A DNA stretch of 64,000 nucleotides from Candidatus Micrarchaeia archaeon (GCA_041665945.1 JBAYHU010000004.1:34336-98335); one strand, 5' to 3'. Counted from the first letter of the stretch, positions 8,972-18,861 are shown. Translations and numbers: made by a program. Notes: generated by a model from the letters alone, not told the origin.

Positions 8972-9526
8972 CTACTCGGTCACCGACTCGGCGGTAAGCG
9001 CGTTAAGCTTGGATAGCGAGAGCTTGGAGAACACGCTGATTGAGGTTTCCGTGTCGTTTGCGCCGGATTCGAGATACTTTTTGGCGATTGGAATATCGCT
9101 TCCTTCCGCTTTGCCAAGGGTTGTTGCCGCAATTGAGCGGGCTTGCGCCGGAAACGAGGTGTCGGTCAGTATGTGCCCAATCACGTTGACGCCAGCTTCG
9201 CCAGTGCAGATGTGCCCCTGTATCTCCGTCATGTCGCACGGACCTATGTTCGCCGCATCCTTTTTGAGTGCAATAGCAATGGTGCCGAGGATATTTTCAT
9301 TTCCACAGTAATTCTCGGCAAGCCCCAGAATCGCCTGAACCCGCACCTTGGGAAATTTGTCGTTGAGAGCTCCGGTTAGTGCGTTTGTTATCTGCTTGTC
9401 CGTTGCCGGTTTGAGCTTCAAGGTGAACTGCATTGCTGCGAGCGCAGCCAGCGCATCCACGCGCTTGTTCGGGCTCGTGGATTTCGCTTCGATGAGATTC
9501 TGACCGATAGGGTGTAGTTTAGCCAT
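8972..9526 (-). CDS. HEAT-repeat protein
   Basis: Repeated helical units with RV(D/Q)A(L/I)xxL signatures (KRVDALAALA, KVRVQAILGLA, ARSIAATTLGKA). Internal ATG (MAKLHP...) chosen; the upstream part of the ORF looks non-coding. Confidence 0.6.
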   Translation of the reverse strand: MAKLHPIGQNLIEAKSTSPNKRVDALAALAAMQFTLKLKPATDKQITNALTGALNDKFPKVRVQAILGLAENYCGNENILGTIAIALKKDAANIGPCDMTEIQGHICTGEAGVNVIGHILTDTSFPAQARSIAATTLGKAEGSDIPIAKKYLESGANDTETSISVFSKLSLSKLNALTAESVTE

Positions 9527-9588
9527 ATTATTACCACTATTGCAGTTATAATAAGTGTTTAAAAACGTAGTGGTTGGGCGGGTGCCGC

Positions 9589-11511
9589 CTATTTCTTCGC
9601 CTTGAAAATCTCCTGCGCCTCGGCTGCATCCACGCGCAGGCGGTATTTTGCCATAAGCGAGGAGAAGTCGAGTTTCTCGTCGGAAATGAGCTTTGCAAGG
9701 GATTTGCCGGAGATTTTCTGGAGATTGAGCTTTGCAATCGCGCTTTCCGGAGTTTCGCCCTTGTCGTTGCACATTGCGCGTAGGATATCCGCTGCTGCTG
9801 ATTTGGCGAATTTGTTGCCCTTGAAGGCGATGAAGAACGAAAGCATCCTCGGCTCGTCAAGCGCCTTGGTGTCGATTCCTTCGCGCTTGAGCGACTGGAG
9901 AGTGTTTGTGAGCGTGGTTGCCGCGAATTTGGAGTCTATGCCTGCCTCAAGCGCTGCTGCGAAAGCGGAAAGCTCCGGGCTGCCCATGCTTGATTGGAAG
10001 GATGGGTTGTGGGAGAGAAGCCCTTTTGCGCCGGACAGTTGCGAGGAAAGTTCGGGCGCCACCTTTGACAGGAGGTCCCCTTTTTCCTCTTCCATTTTCT
10101 CCATGCGCTTTTCCATCGCAGAAACTTCGGCTGCCATATCTTTTGTTATCCGGATGGGCGGCACGTCTGTTTCAGGATACATCCTCGCCTTGCCCGGAAG
10201 CGGGCGCATGTAGCTTGAGGTGCCGTCGGGATTTGCCTTGCGGGTTTCTTCGGGCACACCCAGGAAATTCGCCCTGTTGCATACTTCGGACATTGCCGCG
10301 AGCGCCTTTTTCTGCTCGCCCACGACCATTGCGAATGCGTCTCCTGTTGAAAGCGAAAGCGCGACTTTTAGCTCGGCAAGCTCGTCTTCGGAAAATCCGT
10401 ATTTGGCGAGGTTTTCATCCGAGTGTATGAGCCCGCGTATGCCTGCTGCGCGGGCGTAATCCGCAAGCTCGCTTCCGTAGCGGCGGTTGGGCGCAAGTTC
10501 CCTGCCCAAAAGCCCCTCGTGCCCGGGAAGCTTCATCCCGAACACACGTGCACCTGATTTGAGCGCCTTGCCAACAAGCTGGCACTGCGTGCCCTCGAAA
10601 ATGCCGGTCAAATCCACGAATTCGGCCGGAATTTCCTTTCCTGAAAGCTTTGCCTTGATTTCTTTTACGAGTTCGAGAAGCTTTTTCTGGCGCTGAACTT
10701 CGATATCCACGGTGGCTGCAATCATGGAAAGCTCCTGCACGCCCTTGATTTCCACGCGCGCGCCCTCGGGGATTGAAACGTTGAGGTCTTGCCTTATCGT
10801 GCCTATGCCGCGCTGCACCAAGCCAGTCTTCCTAAGAAGCGTGCCTATGGCAAGAGCGGCTTCCTGCGCCTCCTTGCCGGATTTCAGCTCCGGCTCTGTG
10901 GCTATTTCAACAAGCGGGATTCCGAGCCGCGTTAGTTCGAAGTCGGCCGTGGCTTCCTTGCCTGCCTCCACAATGCCCGCGCTTTCCTCCTCTATGCAGA
11001 TGGACTGGATGCCGAGCGCGCCCACCGGCGTTTTTATGCTGCCGCCCAGCCCGACAACCGCCGTGCGCTGGAAGCCAGAGGTGTTGCTGCCGTCAATCAC
11101 GTTCTTGCGCATGATGTGGATTTCATCCACAGTGGAACTGGAAAGGAGCTTGCAGAACAGCAGGACTGCGGCAAGGGCTTCGTTGTTCATGCCGTGCGGC
11201 GGCTCCTCGTCGGCTTCCACAAGGCAGGAGGAGTGCACGGGCGCGGCGTAGTGCATCGCGCGGTGCCGGATTGATTCGAGGCGCACTGCCGCGTCAAGCT
11301 CGCCTATTTCGGAGAGGACTGCGTGAAGGCGGCGGGAGAATTCTATGCTGGATGCCGAAGGCTCGCCCTGCAGGCTGGACGCCGATGCGCCCTTGCCTTC
11401 GCCAGCCGCCGCTTGCGCGCCGTTGCCCTGCCCGTCGGCTGAAGACGGCACGCAGTTGCAGAAGAGCTTTCTGCCTGCGATGCGCTGGTGGATTTCGATT
11501 CCGCATTTCAT
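9589..11511 (-). CDS. gatE: Glu-tRNA(Gln) amidotransferase subunit E
   Basis: MKCGIEIHQRI N-terminus and GatB/E core blocks throughout; sits adjacent to gatD. Confidence 0.95.
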   Translation of the reverse strand: MKCGIEIHQRIAGRKLFCNCVPSSADGQGNGAQAAAGEGKGASASSLQGEPSASSIEFSRRLHAVLSEIGELDAAVRLESIRHRAMHYAAPVHSSCLVEADEEPPHGMNNEALAAVLLFCKLLSSSTVDEIHIMRKNVIDGSNTSGFQRTAVVGLGGSIKTPVGALGIQSICIEEESAGIVEAGKEATADFELTRLGIPLVEIATEPELKSGKEAQEAALAIGTLLRKTGLVQRGIGTIRQDLNVSIPEGARVEIKGVQELSMIAATVDIEVQRQKKLLELVKEIKAKLSGKEIPAEFVDLTGIFEGTQCQLVGKALKSGARVFGMKLPGHEGLLGRELAPNRRYGSELADYARAAGIRGLIHSDENLAKYGFSEDELAELKVALSLSTGDAFAMVVGEQKKALAAMSEVCNRANFLGVPEETRKANPDGTSSYMRPLPGKARMYPETDVPPIRITKDMAAEVSAMEKRMEKMEEEKGDLLSKVAPELSSQLSGAKGLLSHNPSFQSSMGSPELSAFAAALEAGIDSKFAATTLTNTLQSLKREGIDTKALDEPRMLSFFIAFKGNKFAKSAAADILRAMCNDKGETPESAIAKLNLQKISGKSLAKLISDEKLDFSSLMAKYRLRVDAAEAQEIFKAKK

Positions 11512-11527
11512 AGAAAAACCGCGATTT

Positions 11528-12856
11528 TCAGTAGGGGACTATTTCGGTTCTGTCCGAAATCTCGCCCACGATGGAAGTCTCCATTTCCTGCTTGACTTTT
11601 TCGGGTTTCTTTTCGTGCCCAAGCACCCACATGAGCTTTACGAACGCCGTTTCGGGAGTCATGTCGCAGAGGTTTCCGATGAGCCCGGCGTCTTTCAGCG
11701 CCCGCCCGTTGGTATAGACATCCATGTTCACCCTGCCGTAGATGCATTGCGAGGTGAGGACAACCGGGATTCCTGACTTGATGAGCGCGGAAACCTCCTT
11801 GAGAATCGGCATTGCGAGGGGGTCTTTTGCGAGGTTTATCGGAAGGTGCGCAAGCCCCATGCCTGCGAGAACCACGCCGTCATAATCCGAAAGCGCGGAA
11901 ATCATCTTCGGCTTGATTCCCGGATAGATGTATTGGAGCGCGACATTGGTGTTCATCTTCGTGTCAACGGACATTTTTGCGTCCGGCTTTCTTGCCGGGC
12001 ATTGCTGCGAAATTTTTTCCACCTTCTCGTTCATCGGGTAGACGCGGGCAGCCGGAAGGACATTTACGGAACGGAAAGCGTCCCTGCGCGTGGTGTGAAG
12101 CTTCCTTACTTTTGTGCCGAAGTGCAGTGCGCAGAAGTCGTCCGAGAGGTTTTCGTGCATGCAGATGAAGACGCCGGACAGGTCGGCTTTCGCAGCCGCG
12201 ATTGCGCAGCGCAGGTTGGGCTCGGCGTCGGATGAGCCTCTGTCCGAGCTTCGCTGGCTGCCTGTGAGTATGATTGGCGCGGGAAGGTTCTGGAGCATGA
12301 ATGACAACGCGGCTGACGTGTAGTGCATGGTGTCCGTGCCATGGGTTATGATTGCGCCCTGCGCGCCGGCTTTGATGTCCTCGGCTGCTGCCTTGGCAAG
12401 CTCCACCCAGTGTGCGGGAGTGAGGTCCTCGGATGGGACGGGAAACATCATTTTCGGGCGGACGATGTCCTTCGCCCCTTCGGGCAGACCCGCGACGAGT
12501 TCTTCCGTGGTGGAAGCCGGATATACTGCGCCTGTGCGGTAGTCTATCCTGTTCACGATTGTGCCGCCGCATGCGAGAAGCGAGATTTTGCCTTTTGCCG
12601 GGACTGCCTTGCCTGCCGCCTCCTTCTTGTCAGTCGCCCCGTGGAGCCTGGCAGATGATTGCTCGAGCACGGCAATCGACTTTATGCGGGAAGAACGGAT
12701 TCCTATGTTGTAGCCTGAGGAAAGCTTGATTGGTGTGAATTCCGAGCCGTCCTGCGCCGAAGGAAGGAGAAGCCCTGTGTACTCGCCGTCCTGGCAGGAA
12801 ATGCGGACGCGGTCGCCGGCAGAAGCGCCGGATTTTGGCTTTTTTGCCGTTGCCAT
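11528..12856 (-). CDS. gatD: Glu-tRNA(Gln) amidotransferase subunit D (asparaginase-like)
   Basis: Asparaginase-type motifs (LACGGTI, ITHGTDTM) plus the GatD N-terminal domain; forms an operon with gatE. Confidence 0.95.
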   Translation of the reverse strand: MATAKKPKSGASAGDRVRISCQDGEYTGLLLPSAQDGSEFTPIKLSSGYNIGIRSSRIKSIAVLEQSSARLHGATDKKEAAGKAVPAKGKISLLACGGTIVNRIDYRTGAVYPASTTEELVAGLPEGAKDIVRPKMMFPVPSEDLTPAHWVELAKAAAEDIKAGAQGAIITHGTDTMHYTSAALSFMLQNLPAPIILTGSQRSSDRGSSDAEPNLRCAIAAAKADLSGVFICMHENLSDDFCALHFGTKVRKLHTTRRDAFRSVNVLPAARVYPMNEKVEKISQQCPARKPDAKMSVDTKMNTNVALQYIYPGIKPKMISALSDYDGVVLAGMGLAHLPINLAKDPLAMPILKEVSALIKSGIPVVLTSQCIYGRVNMDVYTNGRALKDAGLIGNLCDMTPETAFVKLMWVLGHEKKPEKVKQEMETSIVGEISDRTEIVPY

Positions 12857-12908
12857 GCCGATTTCTACGCAATCGAGGATTTAAAGGGTTTCGCACCCTG
12901 ATACTCTC

Positions 12909-13997
12909 ATGGGAATGGAGGAGAAGCTGCGCGAACTTGAAGAAGAAATGGCGCGCACGCAGAAGAACAAGGCGACCGAATACCATATCGGGCTTCTGAA
13001 ATCAAAGATAGCGAAGCTCAAGCGCGACGTTATAGCTCCGAAAAAATCAGGGGTGAAGACCGGCGGCTTCGATGTGAAGAAAAGCGGAGATGCCACTGTT
13101 GTTTTCATCGGCCTGCCCTCGGTCGGCAAATCCACTCTTCTCAACGCGCTTACCGGCGCGAAGTCCAAGACTGCTTCCTACGCATTCACCACCTTAACCT
13201 GCATACCCGGCGTCATGGAATACGGCGGGGCGAAAATACAATTATTGGACCTGCCGGGAATCATCATAGGCGCGCACGAGGGCAAGGGGCGCGGGCGAGA
13301 GGTGCTCGCAGTTGCGAGGAACGCCGACCTTGTGCTAATCATGCTCGACGTTTTCCAGCCAGCGATATTGCCGAAAATAAAGGAGGAGCTTGCCGGAATA
13401 GGCATCCGCCTCGACGAGGAGCCGCCGAAAATATACATGACGAAGAAGCTGCGCGGAGGAGTGGAGATAAACAGCACAGTGCCGCTCACCAAACTCAATG
13501 AGAAGATGATTCTGGGCGTGCTCAACGAATACGGCATACACAACGCGAACATCGTTTTCCGCGAGGACGCGACTGTCGACCGGCTGATTGACGTGCTTGT
13601 GGGCAACCGCAAATACAACCGCTCGGTCGTCGTATTGAACAAGGTGGACATGGTAAGCGAGCAATACCTCAAGGCGCTGGATTTCCCATACGTCCCTGTT
13701 TCAGCCGAGAAGGGGAAGAACATCGAGGGGCTGAAAGAAGCCATATTCAATGGCTTGCGGCTCATGCGGGTTTATACCAAGCCGAGGATGGACGTTGCCG
13801 ACCTGAAGGAGCCGATGATGATGAGGACCGGCTCGACCATCGAGGATGCGTGCAACCGGCTGCACCGCGACTTGGCGCGGGATTTCAAGTACGCCTTAAT
13901 CTGGGGCAAGTCCGCGAAATTCCCCGGGCAGAAAGTGGGGCTTTCCCACGTGCTGGTCGAAGGGGACATATTTTCCATTATTAAGAAGCAAGGTTAG
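12909..13997 (+). CDS. developmentally regulated GTP-binding protein (DRG/Obg-family GTPase with TGS domain)
   Basis: G1 GLPSVGKSTLLNALTG, FTTL, DLPG, NKVD; C-terminal TGS-like region. Confidence 0.9.
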   Translation: MGMEEKLRELEEEMARTQKNKATEYHIGLLKSKIAKLKRDVIAPKKSGVKTGGFDVKKSGDATVVFIGLPSVGKSTLLNALTGAKSKTASYAFTTLTCIPGVMEYGGAKIQLLDLPGIIIGAHEGKGRGREVLAVARNADLVLIMLDVFQPAILPKIKEELAGIGIRLDEEPPKIYMTKKLRGGVEINSTVPLTKLNEKMILGVLNEYGIHNANIVFREDATVDRLIDVLVGNRKYNRSVVVLNKVDMVSEQYLKALDFPYVPVSAEKGKNIEGLKEAIFNGLRLMRVYTKPRMDVADLKEPMMMRTGSTIEDACNRLHRDLARDFKYALIWGKSAKFPGQKVGLSHVLVEGDIFSIIKKQG

Positions 13998-14016
13998 GAA
14001 CGGAAGAAGAACTGCT

Positions 14017-14334
14017 CTACTTTTTGGTCTTGGACGGGCGCATTTTGGAAAGCCTGCTCGGTTTTGCCTTGGCTTTGCCCTTGAGCGAGAGTTTGGATGA
14101 GAAATCGAGTATGCGCATTTCCTTGCCCTTCTGCGCCGCGTGGATGATGGGATTTCCCTTGTCCGTGGAAAGCGTTACTGCGGTCGAGTTTGGGGTTATC
14201 GCGAAAGTCATTTTCTGCTTCCTGCCCTGCAAGTCGAACTCGAAGCTGTAGGCGCTCTTGTCCGAGGAGACGCGTATTTCGCGTATCTTGTCCCACGGAA
14301 TGTCGGATGGCTTCGGGAATTTTTCCTTGCCCAT
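14017..14334 (-). CDS. small basic hypothetical protein (105 aa) with a Lys-rich tail
   Basis: Internal ATG (MGKEKFP...). The core resembles the C-terminal half of the 14511..14948 product. Last gene of a tight 3-gene string. Confidence 0.55.
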   Translation of the reverse strand: MGKEKFPKPSDIPWDKIREIRVSSDKSAYSFEFDLQGRKQKMTFAITPNSTAVTLSTDKGNPIIHAAQKGKEMRILDFSSKLSLKGKAKAKPSRLSKMRPSKTKK

Positions 14335-14342
14335 GAGATGAC

Positions 14343-14501
14343 CTAGCCCTTGCCCATCATGGCTGCGTGCATGACGGAGTAGTTTTCCTTGAGCATCTGC
14401 GCTATCTGCTGCGCCTGCTGCCCCTGGAGCTTCGTTACCCCTCCTGCGAACAGCTCTTCGGGCCTCTTTTGCTGCATTTGAGCGAGCTGGAAGACAAACA
14501 T
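14343..14501 (-). CDS. unannotated 52-aa Gln-rich micro-ORF (MFVFQLAQMQQKRPEELFAGGVTKLQGQQAQQIAQMLKENYSVMHAAMMGKG)
   Basis: Hand-translated and below the ORF-track cutoff. The ATG is preceded by GAGGTGGGAAT, which overlaps the TGA of the upstream gene. It fills the gap between the two flanking CDS almost exactly. Confidence 0.5.
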   Translation of the reverse strand: MFVFQLAQMQQKRPEELFAGGVTKLQGQQAQQIAQMLKENYSVMHAAMMGKG

Positions 14502-14510
14502 ATTCCCACC

Positions 14511-14948
14511 TCATGCGTATTTTTCATGCATTATCTTGCCGTTTTCCTCGAACATTATTTCCTTGAGCTTGCCGTTTCTGTGAAGCGAAAGCTCGGTCGC
14601 GGTGCCGAGGCGGAGAGTCACGGTCTTCTCCTCACCATTCACTTCGAGCTTCACGCTGTAGACAAGCGACTTGTCGGGTGACTTTGCCAGCCCGAATGAG
14701 GCGCGAAGCTCGTCTTTGCCCTTTTTCGCCTCTGCGAGAACCGCGGGGATTTCGCTGTTTTTCACGCCCGCGTCGCGGAAAGGCACGTATGCCTTGTTCA
14801 GTATGAAAAGCGCTTCGCTGATGTTTTCCCTGTTGGTAAGCTCTGTGACCGGAAGAAGCTGCGAGAAGGCGGAAGCCCGCTGTTTTTGCAATTGCTCGCC
14901 GAACGCCATGACGATATTGTGCACTCGGCTCCTTTTATTCCTTTTCAT
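14511..14948 (-). CDS. hypothetical protein (145 aa; possibly starts at the ATG at 14909)
   Basis: ORF track. First gene of the 3-gene string. The start at 14948 would leave only 13 nt to the divergent gene, so 14909 (MAFGEQL) is plausible. Confidence 0.55.
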   Translation of the reverse strand: MKRNKRSRVHNIVMAFGEQLQKQRASAFSQLLPVTELTNRENISEALFILNKAYVPFRDAGVKNSEIPAVLAEAKKGKDELRASFGLAKSPDKSLVYSVKLEVNGEEKTVTLRLGTATELSLHRNGKLKEIMFEENGKIMHEKYA

Positions 14949-14961
14949 TCAATCCGATTGC

Positions 14962-15639
14962 ATGCGAGCATCACACATCATCACGCACCTGAAGAACAAG
15001 GGCAAGCCACGCGTGCTTGAGTCCATGGCCAAGTTCGGCATCGACACCAGGCACGCTTGCGGCGTGGACATACCAGAGCTCCGCAGGCTCGCAAAGAACA
15101 TCGGCCCGCACCACAACATGGCGTCCGAGCTGTGGCGCTCGCGCATACACGAGGCGAGGATACTCGCGGCTTACATTGACGACCCGGTGAAAGTCACCGA
15201 GCGGCAGATGGAGGAATGGGTGCGCGACTTCGATTCATGGGATGTTTGCGACCAGGTGTGCGGCAATTTGTTCGACAAGACCGATTTCGCGCACAAGAAA
15301 GCGATTGAATGGACTTACCGGAAAGAGGAGTACGTGAAACGCGCGGGCTTTGCCATGATGGCGTCGCTCGCTGTCCATGACAAGAGAGCGGGCTACACTG
15401 CTTTTGAGAAATTCTTCCCGCACATAATCCGCGAGAGCCGCGACGAGCGCAATTACGTGAAGAAGGCGGTGAACTGGGCATTGCGGCAGATCGGCAAGAG
15501 AAGCCTTACGCTCAACAGGAAGGCGATTGAAGTGGCGAAGCAAATCATGACAGTGGACGCGCCATCCGCGAAATGGATTGCCTCAAACGCGATTCACGAG
15601 CTTGAGTCCGAAGCCGTGCAGAAAAGGCTGAAGGAGTAG
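14962..15639 (+). CDS. DNA alkylation repair enzyme family protein (AlkD/HEAT-like repeat)
   Basis: 225 aa from the internal ATG. Typical blocks ELWRSRIHEARILA, DSWDVCD, KRAGFAMMA, VKKAVNWALRQIGKR. Confidence 0.8.
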   Translation: MRASHIITHLKNKGKPRVLESMAKFGIDTRHACGVDIPELRRLAKNIGPHHNMASELWRSRIHEARILAAYIDDPVKVTERQMEEWVRDFDSWDVCDQVCGNLFDKTDFAHKKAIEWTYRKEEYVKRAGFAMMASLAVHDKRAGYTAFEKFFPHIIRESRDERNYVKKAVNWALRQIGKRSLTLNRKAIEVAKQIMTVDAPSAKWIASNAIHELESEAVQKRLKE

Positions 15640-15733
15640 AATCTTTTTCTAAAAAAAGCAAGACGCCCGCCGTGACCAAGGAAACGCAGGAGTACGAAAC
15701 CTGCGCTTCCATCGCAGCTTTGCGAGGCTGCGC

Positions 15734-15753
15734 CCTGTTCCTTTCGGAACAGG
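15734..15753. terminator. perfect 8-bp-stem hairpin in a convergent intergenic region, next to oligo-T (minus strand) after hppA
   Basis: CCTGTTCC-TTTC-GGAACAGG. On the minus strand, hppA is followed by TTTTTTTGTTTTTTACTTTATTTTT. Confidence 0.45.
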
Positions 15754-15799
15754 CGACGGACGCTGAAAAATAAAGTAAAAAACAAAAAAACAGCGCGAA

Positions 15800-17839
15800 T
15801 CAAATCGCGCCGATTTGCTTGCCGGCAATGACTGCCGCCACGAGCAATGACACAATATTCAACACCTTTATCATGGGGTTGAGCGCGGGACCCGATGTGT
15901 CCTTGAAGGGGTCGCCGACAGTGTCGCCAACGACCGCAGCCTTGTGCGCGTCGGAGCCCTTGCCGCCGAAGTGCCCTTCCTCTATGTACTTCTTGGCGTT
16001 GTCCCATGCGCCTCCTGCGTTGGACATGAATACTGCCATGAGCTGCGAGACGAGGATTGCCCCGGCGAGGAAACCGCCGAGCGCCTCAAGCCCGAGCGTG
16101 TAGCCGAGGATGACCGGAGTCAGCACGACTATTGCCGCGGGCAGCAGAAGCGAGTCTATCGCCGCCTTGGTGGAGATGTCCACGCATGCCGCGTAGTCGG
16201 GCTTCACAGTCCCCTTCATGATGCCAGGGTTCTTGAACTGCCTGCGCACCTCCTCGACCACCAGGTTGGCTGCCGCGCCGACCGCCTTCATGGTCATTGA
16301 CGAGAAGATGAACGGCACCGCGCCTCCGACAAGAAGGCCGATGAAGACCGCGGGGATTGCCACGTTGACCGAGGTAAGCCCGGAAGACTCGAAGAATGTC
16401 GAGAACAATGCCACAGCCGCGATTGCCGCGGAGCTTATTGCAAAGCCCTTTGTGACCGCCTTTGTGGTGTTGCCGACAGCGTCGAGCACGTCCATGCGGG
16501 CGCGCCCCTTCTTGTCAAGCCCGGACATTTCGCCGATTCCGTTCGCATTGTCGGAAATCGGGCCGAAGGTGTCCATTGCCATTATCATTGCGGTTGTGGA
16601 GAGCATTCCAAGCCCGACAAGGGCGATTCCGAAGTAGCCCAAGCCAAAGCCATAGAAGCCCACTCCGATGCTAGCCGCGACAATCAGCACGCCGACCACT
16701 GCGGATTCCATGCCCGCGCCCAATCCCGCGATGAGGTTGGTGCCTGCGCCGGATTTCGCGGCTGCCGCGATTTGCTGCACTGGCCCGTACTTGGTCGAAG
16801 TGTAGTATTCGGTGAAGCGCATTATCAGGTGCGTTGCCACCAATCCAGTGAACAGCGCCATGAATGCCGGCACGCTGTCAAGGACATAAGTCGCGGCGAA
16901 GTAGAAGAACACCGCCTGCAGGATTGTCGAAATCAGGAAGCCCCTCTTCATCGCGTCGAACGGGTATTCCTTTTCGTTCTTGACTTTCACCGCCGCCGTG
17001 CTTGCGAGCCCGAGAATCATCGCGCCGCCCGCAATGAGAAGCGGGAAGAGCGCGCCGGTCAGCCCGTATGACACCATGCCGAGAACCATTGTCGCGATTA
17101 TGGTGACTGTGTAGGACTCGAAGACGTCCGCGCCCATTCCAGCGCAGTCGCCCACGTTGTCGCCCACGTTGTCCGCGATTGTCGCGGGGTTGCGCGGGTC
17201 GTCCTCCGGGATTCCCTTCTCGACCTTGCCGACAAGGTCCGCCCCGACGTCAGCCGCCTTGGTGAAAATGCCTCCGCCGACCCTCATGAAAAGCGCGAGC
17301 AGGTTGGCCCCGAATGCGAAGCCGATGAGCGCCCTGCTTGCCTCGGACATTGCAACTGAGTTCTGCCCGAGCATGGTGTAGACGCCAACGAACACAACCG
17401 CGACGCCGAGAAGCCCGACGCCGGAGACTATCGCGCCTGAGACCGTGCCTGCGGAGAATGGCACTGCGAGGGCTTCCTGCATGCTGTCAAGCGATGCGTG
17501 CGCCGCGCGCGCGTTTGAGCGCACCGCGAGGTACATGCCCACGTAGCCGGAGAAGCCGGACGCGAGCGCGCCGATTACGAATGCGGCTGCCACGTATGGC
17601 CCGAGCACAAGGTAAATGATAACGAGGAGCAGGACTGCGAACAATGCGACTGTTTTGAACTGCCTGTTGAGATAGGCATCCGCGCCCTCGCGGATTGCCG
17701 CTGAAATCTCAATCATCTTTGCAGTGCCCTCCTTCCTCTTGAAGATGGAGAGCATGAGAAAAGCTCCGTAAGCCATGCCGATTATGGCAAGCACGATTGG
17801 CGCGTAAAGCGCCCACTCTGGAAGAACCGATGTCACCAA
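15800..17839 (-). CDS. hppA: membrane-bound proton/sodium-translocating pyrophosphatase
   Basis: 679 aa, about 16 TM. Signature blocks GGIFTKAADVGADLVGKVE, DNVGDNVGDCAGMGAD, GGAWDNAKKYIE, DTVGDPFKD. TTG/GTG start preceded by GAGGTGAT. Confidence 0.97.
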   Translation of the reverse strand: MVTSVLPEWALYAPIVLAIIGMAYGAFLMLSIFKRKEGTAKMIEISAAIREGADAYLNRQFKTVALFAVLLLVIIYLVLGPYVAAAFVIGALASGFSGYVGMYLAVRSNARAAHASLDSMQEALAVPFSAGTVSGAIVSGVGLLGVAVVFVGVYTMLGQNSVAMSEASRALIGFAFGANLLALFMRVGGGIFTKAADVGADLVGKVEKGIPEDDPRNPATIADNVGDNVGDCAGMGADVFESYTVTIIATMVLGMVSYGLTGALFPLLIAGGAMILGLASTAAVKVKNEKEYPFDAMKRGFLISTILQAVFFYFAATYVLDSVPAFMALFTGLVATHLIMRFTEYYTSTKYGPVQQIAAAAKSGAGTNLIAGLGAGMESAVVGVLIVAASIGVGFYGFGLGYFGIALVGLGMLSTTAMIMAMDTFGPISDNANGIGEMSGLDKKGRARMDVLDAVGNTTKAVTKGFAISSAAIAAVALFSTFFESSGLTSVNVAIPAVFIGLLVGGAVPFIFSSMTMKAVGAAANLVVEEVRRQFKNPGIMKGTVKPDYAACVDISTKAAIDSLLLPAAIVVLTPVILGYTLGLEALGGFLAGAILVSQLMAVFMSNAGGAWDNAKKYIEEGHFGGKGSDAHKAAVVGDTVGDPFKDTSGPALNPMIKVLNIVSLLVAAVIAGKQIGAI

Positions 17840-17887
17840 TGCATCACCTCAACTATTAGCGTGAAACCGCCGCGCATGCCGCGCGGC

Positions 17888-18277
17888 TTAAATGAAATCC
17901 AGCTTGGATTTGCCCTTCATTATGATTACCGGGACTCCCATTCCCAGCAGCCGCTTGCGAAGGATTATGTCGTTCGTAGCGACGGAGATTGTGTTTTTTC
18001 TCGCATATTTAATAATCCATTCATCGACCTTGCCCGAACTCGGCACCTCCTCGATTGTGAAGAGCGTGCGGAGCTTGGGAAGGTTGTTCACGACGAACCT
18101 CGCCGCGGATGCGCGCTTGCCGGTGCGGCGGGCTATGGCTGAAATCTCATCCATAGTGCCGGAGCAAAGGATAAGCACGAACGGCTCGTCGATTATCCTG
18201 TGCAGCTCGGAGGGCAAATCCACCCCGAACTCGAACTGCGAGAGGAGAAAATTGGTGTCTGCGACTATTTTTTTCAC
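17888..18277 (-). CDS. PIN-domain ribonuclease (Fcf1/Utp24-like, COG1412-type)
   Basis: 129 aa; N-terminal acidic motif VADTNFL and C-terminal TNDxxLxxRL. Confidence 0.7.
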   Translation of the reverse strand: MKKIVADTNFLLSQFEFGVDLPSELHRIIDEPFVLILCSGTMDEISAIARRTGKRASAARFVVNNLPKLRTLFTIEEVPSSGKVDEWIIKYARKNTISVATNDIILRKRLLGMGVPVIIMKGKSKLDFI

Positions 18278-18327
18278 ATGGAGAAATTGCTGGAGGTGTT
18301 TTTAAGCGTTCGGGAGAGAATCCGTCC

Positions 18328-18858
18328 ATGGGGCATCTTTGCGTTCTTCGGCTCGGCCATCGGACCGGCAGGGACCAGCGCGTCACCACGCACGTTTTCC
18401 TTGCGGCGCGCGCGCTTGGCGCGGACGAGGGCGTGCTCTGCGGAGACGAGGACGAGTCCGTGCTTTCGGGCATCAGGAAAGTCGCGTCGGTCTGGGGCGG
18501 CGAATTCATTATCCGCTACGAAGCGAACTGGCGGAAATTCGTCGTTGCGAGGAAGAAGGAGGGTTGGAAGGTCGCGCATCTCACAATGTACGGGGAGGAT
18601 TTCGCGCAGGGCGCGAAAAAACTCCGCGGCAGCAATCTCATCGTCATCGTTGGAGCGGGGAAGGTGCCGCGCGAAGCGTATGACCTCGCCGATGAAAATC
18701 TCGCTGTCCTCAACCAGCCGCATTCCGAAATATCCGCGCTTGCGCTGTTCCTTGACAGGTATTTCGACGGAAAAGAAGCAGCAAAACAAGTTGCAGGCAA
18801 AATAAAAATAATTCCCAACAAGTGTGGGAAAACAGTCGTTCATGTAGGAAACGACTGA
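18328..18858 (+). CDS. trm56: tRNA (cytidine56-2'-O)-methyltransferase
   Basis: VLRLGHRTGRDQRVTTHVFLAARALGA N-terminus and a SPOUT C-terminal half (IVIVGAGKVP, NQPHSE), typical of aTrm56. Confidence 0.9.
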   Translation: MGHLCVLRLGHRTGRDQRVTTHVFLAARALGADEGVLCGDEDESVLSGIRKVASVWGGEFIIRYEANWRKFVVARKKEGWKVAHLTMYGEDFAQGAKKLRGSNLIVIVGAGKVPREAYDLADENLAVLNQPHSEISALALFLDRYFDGKEAAKQVAGKIKIIPNKCGKTVVHVGND

Positions 18859-18861
18859 AGG

